A program made the position numbers and the translations under genes. 64,000 nucleotides of DNA, taken from positions 79,670,001-79,734,000 of the forward strand of contig OX597831.1 of the NCBI GenBank assembly GCA_951406725.2, read 5' to 3'. The notes below the pieces were generated by a model. That model saw only the letters and a program-made list of their open reading frames with translations, searched no databases and was not told where the DNA came from. Of the stretch, positions 41,632 to 55,503 are shown piece by piece; position 1 is the stretch's first letter, and the number at the start of each line of letters is the position of its first letter. Source of the DNA: Octopus vulgaris. Taxonomy: Eukaryota.

Positions 41632-43248
41632 CATAGATTTGACTGTCTCTGTGTTTTTGTGTGTACGTATGCATGCTTGCACGTATGTAAGTATGGACGA
41701 ATGGCGTGTAAGCAAGGAAGTTCGCTTGCTCGAAAACCTTTGCGTATATTTGTGTATACACCATATAATACACTCAATCGAATACAAATATATATATATA
41801 TATATATGCCCAGACACTTATGTATATCTATGTATGTATGTATTTATTTATGTACGTATGTATGTATGTTTGTGTGTATGTATGTACGCACGTATGTATG
41901 TGTGTGTAAACGTTGTTCTCTATAATTTATAGGATCCGTTTAAAATAGGTCTTTAGAGTTTCCCTAATTAATTGCTGCCTGTCTCGTCTGACCTTCTTGC
42001 CGGTCTGTCTGTTTGTCTGTCTATCTGTCCCGATGTATTCCAGTATGTCTGGCTGAGTGGTGTGGTGTGGTGTGGCGGGGCGCTTGTATGCGGTGTGTAG
42101 AGGAGGCGGGGAGGAGATTCCGCGTTCGCTCCTTAGCAATGTCACTTGTCTTTGTCTTCGTTCTAAAAATATTAGTAATTATGCTGACAAAGGCCTGTGT
42201 TGTGGGCGGTGTGCCTCGACCCGGCCGCCGCCGCCGTTGCGGTAGTAGTAGTAGCAGTGGCGACGGCGATGGCAGCGGCGATAGTTGTGGTGGTAGTGGT
42301 GGTGATTGTCGTCGACGTCGTCGTCGTCATCGAATAAGCAGATGATTGTGGTAGTGGTGGTGGTGGTGGTGGTGGTGGTAATGGTTGTGGTGATGGTAAT
42401 GGTTGTGGTGGTGGTGGTGGTGGTGGTGGTGGTGGTGGTGGTGGTGGTGGTGGTGGTGGTGATGGTGGTGGTGGTGGTGGTGGTGGTGGTGATGGTTGTG
42501 GTGGTGGTGGTGGTGGTGGTTGTGGTTGTGGTGGTGGTGGTGGTGGTGGTGGTTGTGGTGGTGGTGGTGATCGTTGTGGTGATGGTGGTGGTGGTGGTGA
42601 TGATTGTGGTGGTGGTGGTGGTAATGGTTGTGGTGATGGTGGTGGTGCTGTTGTCGCAATAGGCGGCGGTGGTGATTGTTGTGGTTATGTTACGAAAGTA
42701 GTAGTAGTAGTAGTAGTGGTGTTGGTGATGGTGGTGGTGGTGGTGGTGTGCGTCGTTGTTATCGAGTAGTGCAAATGATTGAGTTGGTGGTGGTGGTGAT
42801 TGTGGTGGTTATGTTACGAGTAGTAGTAGTAGTAGTAGTAGTAGTATTGGCAGGGTTAGGGATTGCGCAATGACGGCAGAGATAGTGAAAGAGTTTCTAT
42901 TGGAGAAAGAGATGGTGGTGTGTTGGTGGCAGTGCTGTTGTTGTGGTTATTGTTGTTGTTGATGGTGGTGGTAGTAGTATTGTTGTTGTGGCAGTAATCG
43001 CGGTCGAGTCTATGGTGTTGGTGGAGACGGTGTAAATAAGATAGTGGAGTTTAATGTTGATGTTGGTGGTAGTGGCGGTGATTGGAGTGTGGTTGTGGTG
43101 GTAGTAGTGATAATGGTGGTGGTGGTGGTAGTTGTGGTGGTGGTTGTGGTGGTGAGATTTTCGCCGGCGTTGGCATTGATCGTACTGTGACGAGCAATTT
43201 ACGTTTTACGGAAAACTCTAATAAACAATATGTGTGTGTGTGTATATG

Positions 43249-43312
<64 letters not shown>

Positions 43313-43479
43313 TATTATATGTATATGCATATTTATATATATATATTTGTGTGGATGTGTGTGTGTTAGTATATGTATGTATATATATATTTATATATGT
43401 ATGTGTACACATGTGTTTGTTTATACACACACACACACATATAAATCCATATATATATACACATATGTGTATATATAAT

Positions 43480-44767
43480 ACGGTTATATATAAATAATAC
43501 GGGATTTTATACTTTTATTTTTCCAAATTAAGATAAACAAGGTTTTCTTTTTTAAATTCTAAAATATACTCTCCTTCGCTTTCAACAATACTCTTCCATC
43601 TATCTGGTAGACTTGCAAGGCCCCTCTTACAAAATTCACTCGTCCGTGACGGAAATACTCCTCTAGTGCTGTTCTGACCTTGCCTACAGAATTCATATTT
43701 TTCTGTCTAACTCATTTTGAAGACTGCGGAATAAATGATAATCAGATGGGGTGAATATGTCCGGCGAATACGGTAGGTGGGGCATCGTTTCCCGTTCAAA
43801 CTGCTCCAACTTTTGGAATGTCATCCTCGCTGTATGTGGCCGAGTATTATCCCGATGGAAGAACACCTTTCATCTTGAAACCAAAGATGGTCGATTTTCT
43901 TCTAACGCTGACTTAAGCCGCTCAAGCTGTTCGCAGTAGATCTCTTTTTGTGATCGTTCGGTTTGGGTTTAGAATTTGAAAGTGGACTAAACCTTTCATA
44001 TCCCACCAAACAGATAACAACACCTTACATGGGTGAAGACCTTCTTTAGCCTGGGGTGTCGGTGTTTCTCCTTTCCTTCCCACTGTCTGCAGCACTTGAT
44101 ATTTTTATAGAGAATCCATTTCTCGTCACTAGTTACTGTTCGGTCCAAAAAAGGTTCATTCGTGAGACGTGACAGCAAAGAAGAGCACACCCCCACTCTC
44201 TGCGCGCAATAAGACTCGGAATGTGTGTGAGGAACTCATTGACCCAATTTGCTGACTTTTCCGATGGCATGCAGATGTCGATGAATGGTTGAATGGCCAA
44301 ATCCAAGCCTCTCTGGTAGTTCCTCAACAGTTACGATAAGATTTTGTTCAACCAGGATTTGCAATATGTCCTGGTCGAGCTCCACAAATCTTCCTGGATG
44401 AGGCTCATCATCTAGACTGTAGTTTCCGGCTCGGAATTTCTGGAACCACCATTGACACTGGTTTACGCTTGTAGTCCGATTCGCATATACTGCATTAATA
44501 TTTCTCGCATTTTCTGTTGAGTTTTTGCCTTTATTGAATTCAGGAAGCAAAATATGCCGAATATGCTCATTATAGCTTCCATTATAGCTTTGAAAAAATA
44601 ACTGTTAAAATCGAACTGCACTCTTCAAAACATGCACTAAGAATAAGTAGAAGATTAAATTACTACCTGCTTTTATAGCGAGTTGACGCAGGCGGCTTAT
44701 TCCGTCAGCTCTGAATTTTAGTTCATGCAATTGAAAAAAGAGCCATTATTTACGGGAGGACCCAGTA
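43480..44767 (-). mobile_element. Mariner (DD34D) transposon, decayed; transposase pseudogene ~43553-44582
   Basis: EHIRHILLPEFNKGKN, WFQKFRAG, RTVTSDEKWILY, H.PYSPD..PSDYHLF and LPDRWKSIVESEGEY across frameshifts. About 1.3 kb with TA-flanked degenerate ends. Confidence 0.9.
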
Positions 44768-45843
44768 CATGGCTTTCAAGATTGACCATAGCGGTCAATT
44801 TTTGTGCCACGTCCGAAATGAAAGCCTACAACACTCTACATTTGTAAAGTGTTCAATACTAAATTTGAAACCTGATTCAACCGAACGAAATTCTACGAAG
44901 AGGGTAAGCAGTGTCCGTCCCTTTTCACATCCCTTTTCGGGAGCTGGTCGGGCTAAACACACTCTCTCTCTCTCTCAATCTATCTCACTCCCTCTCTCAC
45001 TATATCTTTCTCCCTCTCTCTCTCTCTATATATATATATGTCATTCTCTATCTCTCTCCCCTCTCCCTCCCTCTCTCTCCCTCTCTCTCCCACTCTCTCT
45101 TTCTCTGTCTACCTCTCTCCCTCTCTCTCTCTCACCTTTTCTCTCTCTCGCTTTTTCTCTCTTTCTATCTCTATCTCTCTCTCGTAGAACAATCTTTATC
45201 TCAGCATTTATCATCCTTTTTCTTTTTCTTTTACATTAGTGATATGTCTGTTTCAATCAAGGAATTTTTCTGCTTTCTGTCAATGAGTATTCAATTCATA
45301 TAAATTCATTTATTAGTGATCATTTATTAACATCAGTTTTAATTCATGCCTTATATATTATAATTTACGATTTACACGTTTGTGGTTTGCGTTCCACATA
45401 TAAACATTTTTGTCAGTAATTTTTCCAGCAATGTGATTTTTTAAGCTGTTTGACAGCATGGAAAGAAGTGATGCTGTTTTAAGGTATCGAAACCACCTAC
45501 AGTTTTCTCTGAGATCAGCAGCTGAAGGGGTAGAGATCTCCTGTTGTATGAAATACGTTTTTCCTTCTTTCGTTATTCCCTCTGCTCATTATTACTGTCC
45601 TTCTTCATTTGTTTTCTTTACTCCGAGTAGTGCAGCTTCTTATTATATTTCTAATGTCCCTGGAGTATATCTTAAGGCTTCATTTGGGGAAATTTTCATT
45701 GCAGGATGATACAGCTTTGTAAGTAGTTATTATCTCGAAATGGCCCTTATAAGGTGAAGCATGTTTATATGTTTGCTTGAATCGGTATGTGCATATATAT
45801 GTATGTAAGTATGTGTGTGTATTATTTAACAGAATCCCAAACC

Positions 45844-46214
45844 GCTGCTGTTGCTGTTGAGCGAGCGATCTTCGTCCCAGAGCTCGCAAGATCGCGCCTC
45901 TGTAGTGAGAGAAGTCCGAAACGTGGTCCTTTGCTGTTCGTGAGACTCGCAGAAGAGAAAGCAGGTCAACACCCGACACCGAGAGCATCGACGGATGGAT
46001 GAATGCGCATCCAGGCTCAGCGGTTGCGTAGGAAGTTGGGGACAAGAAACAGGAAGAAAGAGTGAGAGAACGTTGGGGCGAAAGAGTACAACAGGGGTTG
46101 CCCCCCCCCCTGCCGGAGCCTCGTGGAGCTTTAGGTGTTTTAGCTCAATAAACATACACAACGCCCGGTCTGGGAATCGAAACCGCGATTCTACGACCGC
46201 GAGTCAGCTGCCCT
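45844..46214 (-). mobile_element. SINE family C, tail type 1
   Basis: Reverse complement of 22505-22897. Confidence 0.85.
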
Positions 46215-48489
46215 AGCTTTTGCTGTATATCAAAAAGGCTTTTAATATTCAGTACAATGAACAAAGATTACTTGGAAGACGAGTTGACAGGAGGAAAATT
46301 AAAGAGACACCGCAGAGTCTTACATCGCCCAAGTTATAAAAACTGGTTGCAAATATTTGCCTGTTGAAATTAACATCAGAAATAATAGGCTCTCATACAA
46401 CTAAATACGACTTTGAGAGGTCAAGATTATTAATACTTTAGCTTTGTTTCACCTTGAAGAATGCCTCGGAAAACATAGGCAAACTAGGATGAAGTGGAAA
46501 CATAGACCGTGCGTTCACTAAATGTCTTTGCAGCCTATGGCGTCGATCGCAAATGCAGACACGTTCTTCAGTTTCCTATCCTTAACCCAGCAAAACATGA
46601 GAGCGGAATGTGGCAACTAAAGGGAGAGACAGAGAAAGTGAGACAGACAGAGAGACAGAGATGCCAGCACAAGTTTTTTGCTCGTTTACGTTTACAATTG
46701 AGGGAAACAATTGCCAAAAATAGTCAATAAAAACGCAGTAATGGGGGAATTTGAGGACAGAAGACCTAAACTTTGGAAAATACTAATAATCTAGGAAAAT
46801 ATATACAAGGAGTGAATAGTGTTGTAAAAATTGTTAACATTGATAGATAAAATGAAACAATAAATGGAGGGAATATGTAGGTATGAACTTGCGGTGGGTT
46901 TGTTTCTATATCGGTTTATTTATGTACAAATTTAAAAGGATTAAAGGTTTTAAGGAATTTAAGGAGTTTTAGGAGTCCACATAAAGGATATGGTTTATTG
47001 AGTAAATTTAATTTATCACAAGTTCAAGAATTGTATGCCAAAAAACAAACCGTAAAATGAAATATAACACACACACACACACACATACATACATGACAGT
47101 TATACATCTCTCTCTTTCTCGATAAACTTATACAAACACATGTATACATAATATATGTAAATACATATATTTGTATATGCTTGTGTACGTATGCATATAT
47201 ACAGGTATATGTATAGATATATGAATTATTTGTTTATGTATGTATGTATATATATATATATATATACGTATATGTATATATAAATACATAAATAAATATA
47301 TATACACGTATATGTATATATAAATAAATATATATATACACGTGTATACATATATATATGTACGCAACACACATACATACAGACATATGTATGTACGTAC
47401 GTGTGTATGTATGTATGTATATATGTATGTACGTACGTACATATGTATGTATGTACGTATGTACGCATGCATACACGTGTCTGTGAACGAGTTCGAACAT
47501 TTTTATTTCCACATTATATTTTTTATATTCACGTGTGTGTGTGAATGTTTTTGTGTATGCGTGTGTGTGTGTGTGTGTGTGCGGGGGGGGATGGGTATTA
47601 TGACTTTCAGCTAGTTGTTCTTTTATGGCCCCTAGGGAGTAGATATCAATATTTTATGTGTGATGCACTCTCCTGCTATCCGAAATCTATTGTTGATCCG
47701 AAAATCTTGTTATTCTGCTGAAAGATAGGATTAACCGAGATTACCTAGAAGTCAATGGTTCAGTTAATTAATACTGGGTTATGGTGGTGGTGCTGGTGGC
47801 GGTGGTGGTTGTGGTGGTGGGGAAGTTAGTAGAGGTGGATTTAACTGGAAACGCAAGACGATGGCGGCTGAGAAGTTTAAGAGGTGGCTGAAGACGGTGA
47901 CGAAGAGGACGATGGCCACTACCGCGATGACAATGACGGTAGTAGGGATGATGATGATGACCATGATGATGATGATGAAGATGATGATGATGATGATGAG
48001 GAGGAGGAGGAGGAGGAAGAGGAGGAAGACTATGACTAGGCTGATAGTCGTGGTGGTGGTGGTGATGATGATAATGATGATGAAGAAGAAGAAGAGGAAT
48101 TAATGTGAAAGCAACGAAACCCACACCTTGATTAAAATCATTATCATCATCATCGTCATCATCGTCGTCACCATCGTTCTTATCATCATTACCACACACA
48201 CACACACACACACACACATATTGAGAAAATTTTCTTGGTAGTAGTAATATTTGAAAAATGATTTTCTTAAGTTAAAAGTTTTCAGTGATATTAAAAAGCC
48301 GAAAAAAAATGAAGATGAATAAAAGAAATTTAGGCACCCATGACATAACATTTTATACTGCGTGCATTTGAAAAACTGGAAGAAATGAAAGCATCCACAA
48401 ATTCATTTTCTTTCATCGGGTCTTTGTTTATTTACTCTTTGCAAATTATTTCTTTATATAATTAATAATTTTTAGTCTAAATTTTTTTA

Positions 48490-48529
<40 letters not shown>

Positions 48530-48937
48530 TCTTCCTCTTACTCTATCTCTCTCTTATTCGCACATACATACGTAAATATGGATTGATGTAGGTATAGATG
48601 CACACACACACGCACACACATGCTCATATTTGTTACTTATTGATTAATTTTCTTGTTGTTCTCTCAATTATCTTCACCTAATTAAGACATCAGTGATTTT
48701 TGATATGGCGCGAAATACATCTGGGTCCACCCATTATGTCATTAGTGAGCCCTTTACACATTTTCATCATCTTTCTAATGTCTTGCCTACAATCGTTATC
48801 GTTTCTAATTTCGTTTGTAGCCAACCTCATCCTCATCCTTGTCATCATTATCATCGTCGTCGTCCTCATCATCTCCGTCATCATCATCGTTATGCTTCAT
48901 ATTGTTTTCTATTTCATTCTTCAATATTTTCGCTGAG

Positions 48938-49024
48938 ATTATTACTATTATTATTATTATCATTATTATTATTATCATTATTATCATTATTATTATTATT
49001 ATAATTATTATTATTATTATTATA

Positions 49025-49086
<62 letters not shown>

Positions 49087-49103
49087 CATCATTATTATTA
49101 TTA

Positions 49104-49152
<49 letters not shown>

Positions 49153-49169
49153 CATCATTATTATTATTA

Positions 49170-49203
<34 letters not shown>

Positions 49204-49247
49204 CATTATTATTATTATTATTATTATGACTGTTATTATTGTTATCA

Positions 49248-49313
<66 letters not shown>

Positions 49314-49330
49314 TGATCATCATTATTATT
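48938..49330. repeat. (ATT)n microsatellite
   Basis: Direct observation. Confidence 0.95.
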
Positions 49331-49395
49331 ACACTAGGCACAAGCATCACAAGCAAATGTGCGTCACGTGGTGATATCATTATTAATTGTTATTG

Positions 49396-49539
49396 ATATT
49401 TCGCCCGTCTTTACGTTCTGCGTTCAAATTCCGCCGGAGACGACTTTGCCTTTAATTTTTGTCGGGATCGATAAATTAAGTACCAGTGATGTTATCGATT
49501 AGTCTCCCTTTTCCCCCAGTTTCATCCCTTGAAGCTTTA

Positions 49540-49540
<1 letters not shown>
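49396..49540 (+). mobile_element. SINE family A, partial
   Basis: TTTACGTTCTGCGTTCAAATTCCGCC...GACTTTGCCTTT...AAGTACCAG. Confidence 0.7.
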
Positions 49541-49628
<88 letters not shown>

Positions 49629-49639
49629 CTTCCTTTCAT

Positions 49640-49935
49640 TCAGCCTCTGTCTTCAACCGTTAATCTCAATATATTTTTCTTCTCTCTCCGTTCTTTTCCT
49701 CTTAATTCTTTTTGTCGAAGGGCGTAGGTCTGAAACGTAAAAGAGTTTTCCATTCTTCCCGATTGTTCTCTGTCTTCCCTTCTGTGGATCTTTCCTTCTC
49801 CTATGTTTCCGACGAAGAGCTCCGCTCGAAACGTTAAACCCTCCTTCTTTCCTTCTTTCCTGAGCGTCCAATAATACTATATTTGTTCCACGTCCTCGCG
49901 TTGTTGTGTTTTTTTGTGCTTTCTTGTTTGGATTA

Positions 49936-49940
<5 letters not shown>
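49640..49940 (+). mobile_element. Penelope-associated repeat with two tandem hammerhead-like motifs (49708-49744 and 49805-49839)
   Basis: Second motif: GTTT CCGACGA A GAGC tcc GCTC GAAA CG TT AAAC. The first motif is degenerate. The element ends in (TA)n. Confidence 0.6.
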
Positions 49941-49994
<54 letters not shown>

Positions 49995-50186
49995 TTATAT
50001 TTATATTTATATTCTCATTCCATCTGTTTGTTTTCCCATTTGGATGGGGTCGAAACCCGATCTGACTTATCAAACCCCTTGACATCCCAATCGAAATATA
50101 AATAGGATTCTCTCTAACTCCACGTCAGTTCAACTATAGCGTTATATATTTATATATATTTCCTCCGTCGTCCCCATTAACCACAC

Positions 50187-50223
<37 letters not shown>

Positions 50224-50526
50224 ACTCACTATCTCTCTCTAGACTCTCGTTGCTCCCTGGCTCCGCCTCATTTTCGCTTCAAGTGTGTTTTGGAAAATAA
50301 TTTACAGAAACAATAACACTTACCCATTAATGCACGTACACACGCGCACACACACAAACAAACAAACAGACATATGCACACACATTTACACATACATATG
50401 CATACATGTACACACATTCAAACGCATATACACATACACATAACTTCGTAGTACATACATATACAAATATCCCCGTGTGTATTTCTGTGTGACTGTATAC
50501 ACACATATATATACATACACATATAT

Positions 50527-50572
<46 letters not shown>

Positions 50573-50964
50573 TAAATTTATATATAGAGGGCATTATTAT
50601 ACATACATGCCACACGCTAAGAGGGACAAAATTAGTCATTTCTACCAAAAATTTTACTAATCCCACCGAATGCAATTTTTCAAAGTAAGACATTTAAAAT
50701 ATGGACTTATATCACCTGTGATTTCATACCTCTGTATTCATCAGCAAGTCTGGGCGTATCATAAATAAACGACCCTACATCGTCAAAGCCGGGCAGCCAA
50801 CTGATCAACATCAACGACGCACATGGGTTAGTTTACATATATTACATCCGGTAAATATCAGACTTTTACGAATTGCATTTCGGGAAAGGAAAAGTTTTTT
50901 CGGAATAAAAATTTAGCAATTAAGGACAACTTCTTAATAAGGAAACTTAACAAGAAATTATCGG

Positions 50965-51172
50965 GTAGATAGCGTGAAAAACCTCATAAGAGAAAAAATA
51001 TCGAAAATAATTCTTTCTCATTGAACATATTAATTTATATATAGAGGGCATTATTATACATACATGCCACACGCATGTATTATACACACATGCCATACAT
51101 AAATTTAATATGTTCAATGAGAAAAATTATTTTCGAAATTTTTTCTCTTATGAGGTTTTTCACGCTATCTAC
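50965..51172. repeat. ~73-bp near-perfect inverted repeat with ~62-bp spacer
   Basis: GTAGATAGCGTGAAAAACCTCATAAGAGAAAAAA... versus ...TTTTTTCTCTTATGAGGTTTTTCACGCTATCTAC. Confidence 0.9.
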
Positions 51173-51198
51173 ACACACATATACATACATACATACAC

Positions 51199-51264
<66 letters not shown>

Positions 51265-51556
51265 GTGTATATATATGTATACATATATATATGTATTGAT
51301 ACACACACAGACACACACGCAAGTGTACCACTTTGTATGCATGCTTACATATATATGCGTATATGTATATATACATGTATGCATGGATGGATGGATGGAT
51401 GGATGTGTGTATGTATGCACGTATGTATGCATCCGTGTATGTGATGTCTATCTGTATGTGTCAGCGTGTGTTGTTTTTGAATATTGTGCTTTGCACATCC
51501 AAACCCTATATATCATATCACATACGCGTATACAGAGAGAAAGGATGAGAGCGAGA

Positions 51557-51591
<35 letters not shown>

Positions 51592-51592
51592 C

Positions 51593-51628
<36 letters not shown>

Positions 51629-51694
51629 CGAAAGCACAAGAGACAGACAGACTGAAAGAAAGAAATGAAGCATTTATATAGAGAGAGTAAGTGT

Positions 51695-51880
51695 TTAACA
51701 GGAAACGGAAATAGGCGCGGCAACGTGTCGCCTGTGACTCCACATCCGGCAAAAAGAAAAAACAGAAAGCGTCCCTACAAGATGGCTTATTTTGACGGGG
51801 ACGTTACGGTGTTTATTAGAAACTAGTGCACTTCTCAGCGCTTAGTTTATCCGTTTTAGAAGGGGCCGGAAGTTAAAAAC
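51695..51880. promoter_or_regulatory. CpG-rich islet with YY1- and ETS-type motifs
   Basis: CAAGATGGC ~51778, CCGGAAGT ~51866, CAGGAAAC/ACGGAAAT and CATCCGG, downstream of a (GA)n tract. Confidence 0.35.
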
Positions 51881-51934
51881 AATGAATGCAGAGCTAACTT
51901 TTCCAGCGTTTGCACAGTTTTACGTGTTACTCTG

Positions 51935-52016
<82 letters not shown>

Positions 52017-52158
52017 ATGCATATATGTATGTGAATATACATACATAGATAGATATTGACAGATAAAGGATATTGATATATGTATATATATATATATACA
52101 CACTTTAATATCTTTATCTGTTAATATCTATCTATTCATATATACATGCATATATTAT

Positions 52159-52194
<36 letters not shown>

Positions 52195-52197
<3 letters not shown>

Positions 52198-52504
52198 AGG
52201 CGCAATGGCCCAGTGGTTAGGGCAGCGGACATGCGGTTGTAGAATCGCGGCTTCGATTCCCAGAGCGGGCATTGTGAGTGTTTACTGAGCGAAAACACCT
52301 AAAGCTCCACGACGCTCCCGCAGGGTGGAGGCGATCCCTGCTGTACTCTTTCGCGACAATTTTCTCTCACTCTTTCTTCTGTTGGCCTGCTCGTTTAGCC
52401 AGCGGGGTGGCGTCATTTGAAGGCTAAAACAATGCAAGGTGCATTGTGACCAGCGATGTGTAGCAACATTTGATAGACTGGTCGGTCACGGCGAGCACGG
52501 TGAT
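52195..52504 (+). mobile_element. SINE family C, tail type 3
   Basis: Family C head to ...CTCTTTCTTCTGTT, then the GGCCTGCTCG... tail. Confidence 0.85.
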
Positions 52505-52555
52505 ATATCTATATATATATATATAAATATATATGTATATATATATATATGTATA

Positions 52556-52596
<41 letters not shown>

Positions 52597-52608
52597 ATAC
52601 ATACATAA

Positions 52609-52674
<66 letters not shown>

Positions 52675-53404
52675 AATATATTTCTCCCAGCGTTCAATAT
52701 TTTTCTTCTTGTTCTGCGTCTTCATTTGGTTCCTGTCCTGTTTTTCTCCTCAACTTTGACCCTCCATAAATCCTGAATTTCAGAATTTATGGGACCAATT
52801 GTCATTGTAGACTCATATTGTCATTGAATGATCGAAATGAGAGTAGATAGACAGCCGACAACTGACGAAGGGTCCTTTCTCTGTGTTTACTTCTGATTTC
52901 TATTCCGAACGCTATTAGGTATTTTTAAAAAAAACCGTTAGTAGATCCGACGTCAAAGGCAGACCCTTGGAAGGGAAGGGGTAAAGGAATAATAAGTAGA
53001 GTTCAAATAAAGAGGGATATATAGGTTGAAAAAATGTTCAAAGGCTTGGAAGTAGGTTTCTCTTTTGAAGTAAAGTGCAAGGTGAACTAAATGTTCAAAC
53101 TATACAGACTGGTATAAATCACTTATATGAGCTGAAGGTATGTTTCTGCCAGTGCTTACATTTGTAAGATCGCTCTATAATAGCGTTTGGTTTATGATTT
53201 ATGCAGTCATCAAAATTGTTATAATGTCTTGTTGAGATAGGTTCTCTTTCTTTCCTGATAAGAAGATTACATAATTTTATACCGTTTATTTCTTTGGAAT
53301 AAAACCAATGTTGACTTCGGAACATATGTCGAAAGTAAAAGAATTTGAATAACATCTGCGTTTAACTCCATTTATTTACTCCATTTATTTATATATATAT
53401 ATTA

Positions 53405-53517
<113 letters not shown>

Positions 53518-53579
53518 TGGAAATGGATACGTGGCGTTCAATTTAATAATGATAATAAGTAATATATATATATATATAT

Positions 53580-53803
53580 GGAAAAAGTAGAAAATGCTAA
53601 AATAATTTTATAAAGGGCATTTCAGTACCGGTTTCGGTCATGGAGACTTTTTTAACTGTAAGCATGGAAAACAATTTAATTTTGAGAAAATTAAATGAAA
53701 AGTTTTTAAAAGAATATTTCCATAGTATTCAAATACAAGAGGCATTTTCCTTGTTTCTGCCAGTCTCTGTCTCTCTTGTTTACTCTTGTAGGTTCCAGGT
53801 AGT

Positions 53804-53805
<2 letters not shown>
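53580..53805 (-). mobile_element. Second copy of the 24110-24345 repeat, with a degenerate hammerhead at 53623-53658
   Basis: Shares TAGAAAATGCTAAAATAATTTTATA...AGTACCGGTTTCGGTCAT with the first copy; both flanks are (TA)n. Confidence 0.65.
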
Positions 53806-53836
<31 letters not shown>

Positions 53837-54639
53837 TTCTCGTTTTGTGGTTTGGTTTCCAAGATTCTTTATATGAGTTCGTGTGTTGAAGCATATTCTG
53901 CTGTGTCTGAGTCATTCTCTTTTTGTGCCTTATAATGTAACACACTCACCGGTAAAATTTCTTCTTATTTCTTATTTTTATTTTCCTAAAATTTTCGTTG
54001 CGTCTTGCAACCTTTTCAATAGTTTTGACTCTGTCCCTTATTCACACTGCGTTCCCTTTTGTTTGTTTGTGCGCATGTGTGTGGGTCAGTGTGTGTGTGT
54101 GTGCGTGTGTGTGTGCCTTTACATGCATGCATGTACGTATGTATGTGTGTGTGTGTGTTTGCATGTGTATGTATGTATATATGTGTGTGTATGCATATGC
54201 ATGTATTTATGTATGTGTGTGCATCTGTATGTGCGTATCCTGCATATTTATGTGCTTGCATGTCCGTGTTTGTGTATTTTCTATGTATGTGTGTGTGAGC
54301 ATGTGTTTGTATATGTATGCACCTCTGTCTCCTTGTGTGTGCATGTCTGTGTGTGTGCGCGTGTGCTACGCAACTATGTACCATGTTTGTATGTGTGGAT
54401 GTGCATCTTTATATGTGTGGATCCGTGTCTCCATATGTGTCTGTTCTTATAGCCTGTATACCTATCCGTCTGTATGTTGATCTGTTTATTTTATTATATA
54501 AAAGTATAAAGAAATCATACATGGGTAGATGCGTGTGAATATGCCTTGTGTATTTATATGCTTACATAGAAAAAAAAATGGTGCATACACATATGCACTC
54601 ACACCGACAGACACACACATACATTTATCTACCTAACAG

Positions 54640-55010
54640 TCCACTATCTATTCTACTCTACCTGTGTAAACTGTGGGTATGGAGGTATGGTATTTATTGC
54701 ATATATTTCCTATTTAGAATTGGGGAGGTTTCATTCATAAAGACGTATTCCCGTATTTGTCTGAGTTTCGGGTGCTTGGATATGATGCGGATGTCAAGTT
54801 GACCCAAGTTACCTCCATGGTGGTCTTTGGTAGAGAATGGAGGACAGTTTTCTGTCCTCATATTCTTTTAGATGTTCATTTATTCGTTCCGTAATACTCC
54901 TAGACGTCATGTTCATGTCTTTACAAGCACCTTCTATGTTTCTTATGCTGTAAACTACATTTCGAGTTCTACAGTTAATGCCAGGGCTAATTCTACATAC
55001 CATGCAGTTA
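54640..55010 (-). mobile_element. Penelope-like element GIY-YIG endonuclease remnant
   Basis: [11 protein letters not shown]......C....[13 protein letters not shown] matches the PLE NVVY.I.C..C...YIG.T.R.L..R..EH pattern, in degraded form. Confidence 0.6.
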
Positions 55011-55081
55011 TCATTGGTGCATATACTTTATGCACATCTGAGAGAGAGATACATACATACATATATACATACAAATGCAAC

Positions 55082-55256
<175 letters not shown>

Positions 55257-55293
55257 GTATGTATCAAAATAAGCAACAGGATTTCCAGAGGTG

Positions 55294-55381
55294 ATGCAGT
55301 ACGATTGTTTAAAGCGACCCCATTTAATTGAACGATGCAATCATTACATCAATTTGAATGCAGAGCTTTCCTCAGCTGCAT
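55294..55381 (-). ncRNA. Type I hammerhead motif with a G12->U core mutation
   Basis: Minus strand: ATGCAG CTGAGGA AAGC...GCTT TAAA CAATCG TA CTGCAT; homologous to 31613-31700. Confidence 0.65.
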
Positions 55382-55421
55382 AAATAAATAAATAAATAAA
55401 TAGAATTTATTTAATCAGTCG

Positions 55422-55503
<82 letters not shown>

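Noticed and set aside
42925-42950. TGGCAGTG resembling a miR-34 seed
   Set aside because: It lies in GT-rich low-complexity sequence, has no hairpin and does not match beyond the seed.
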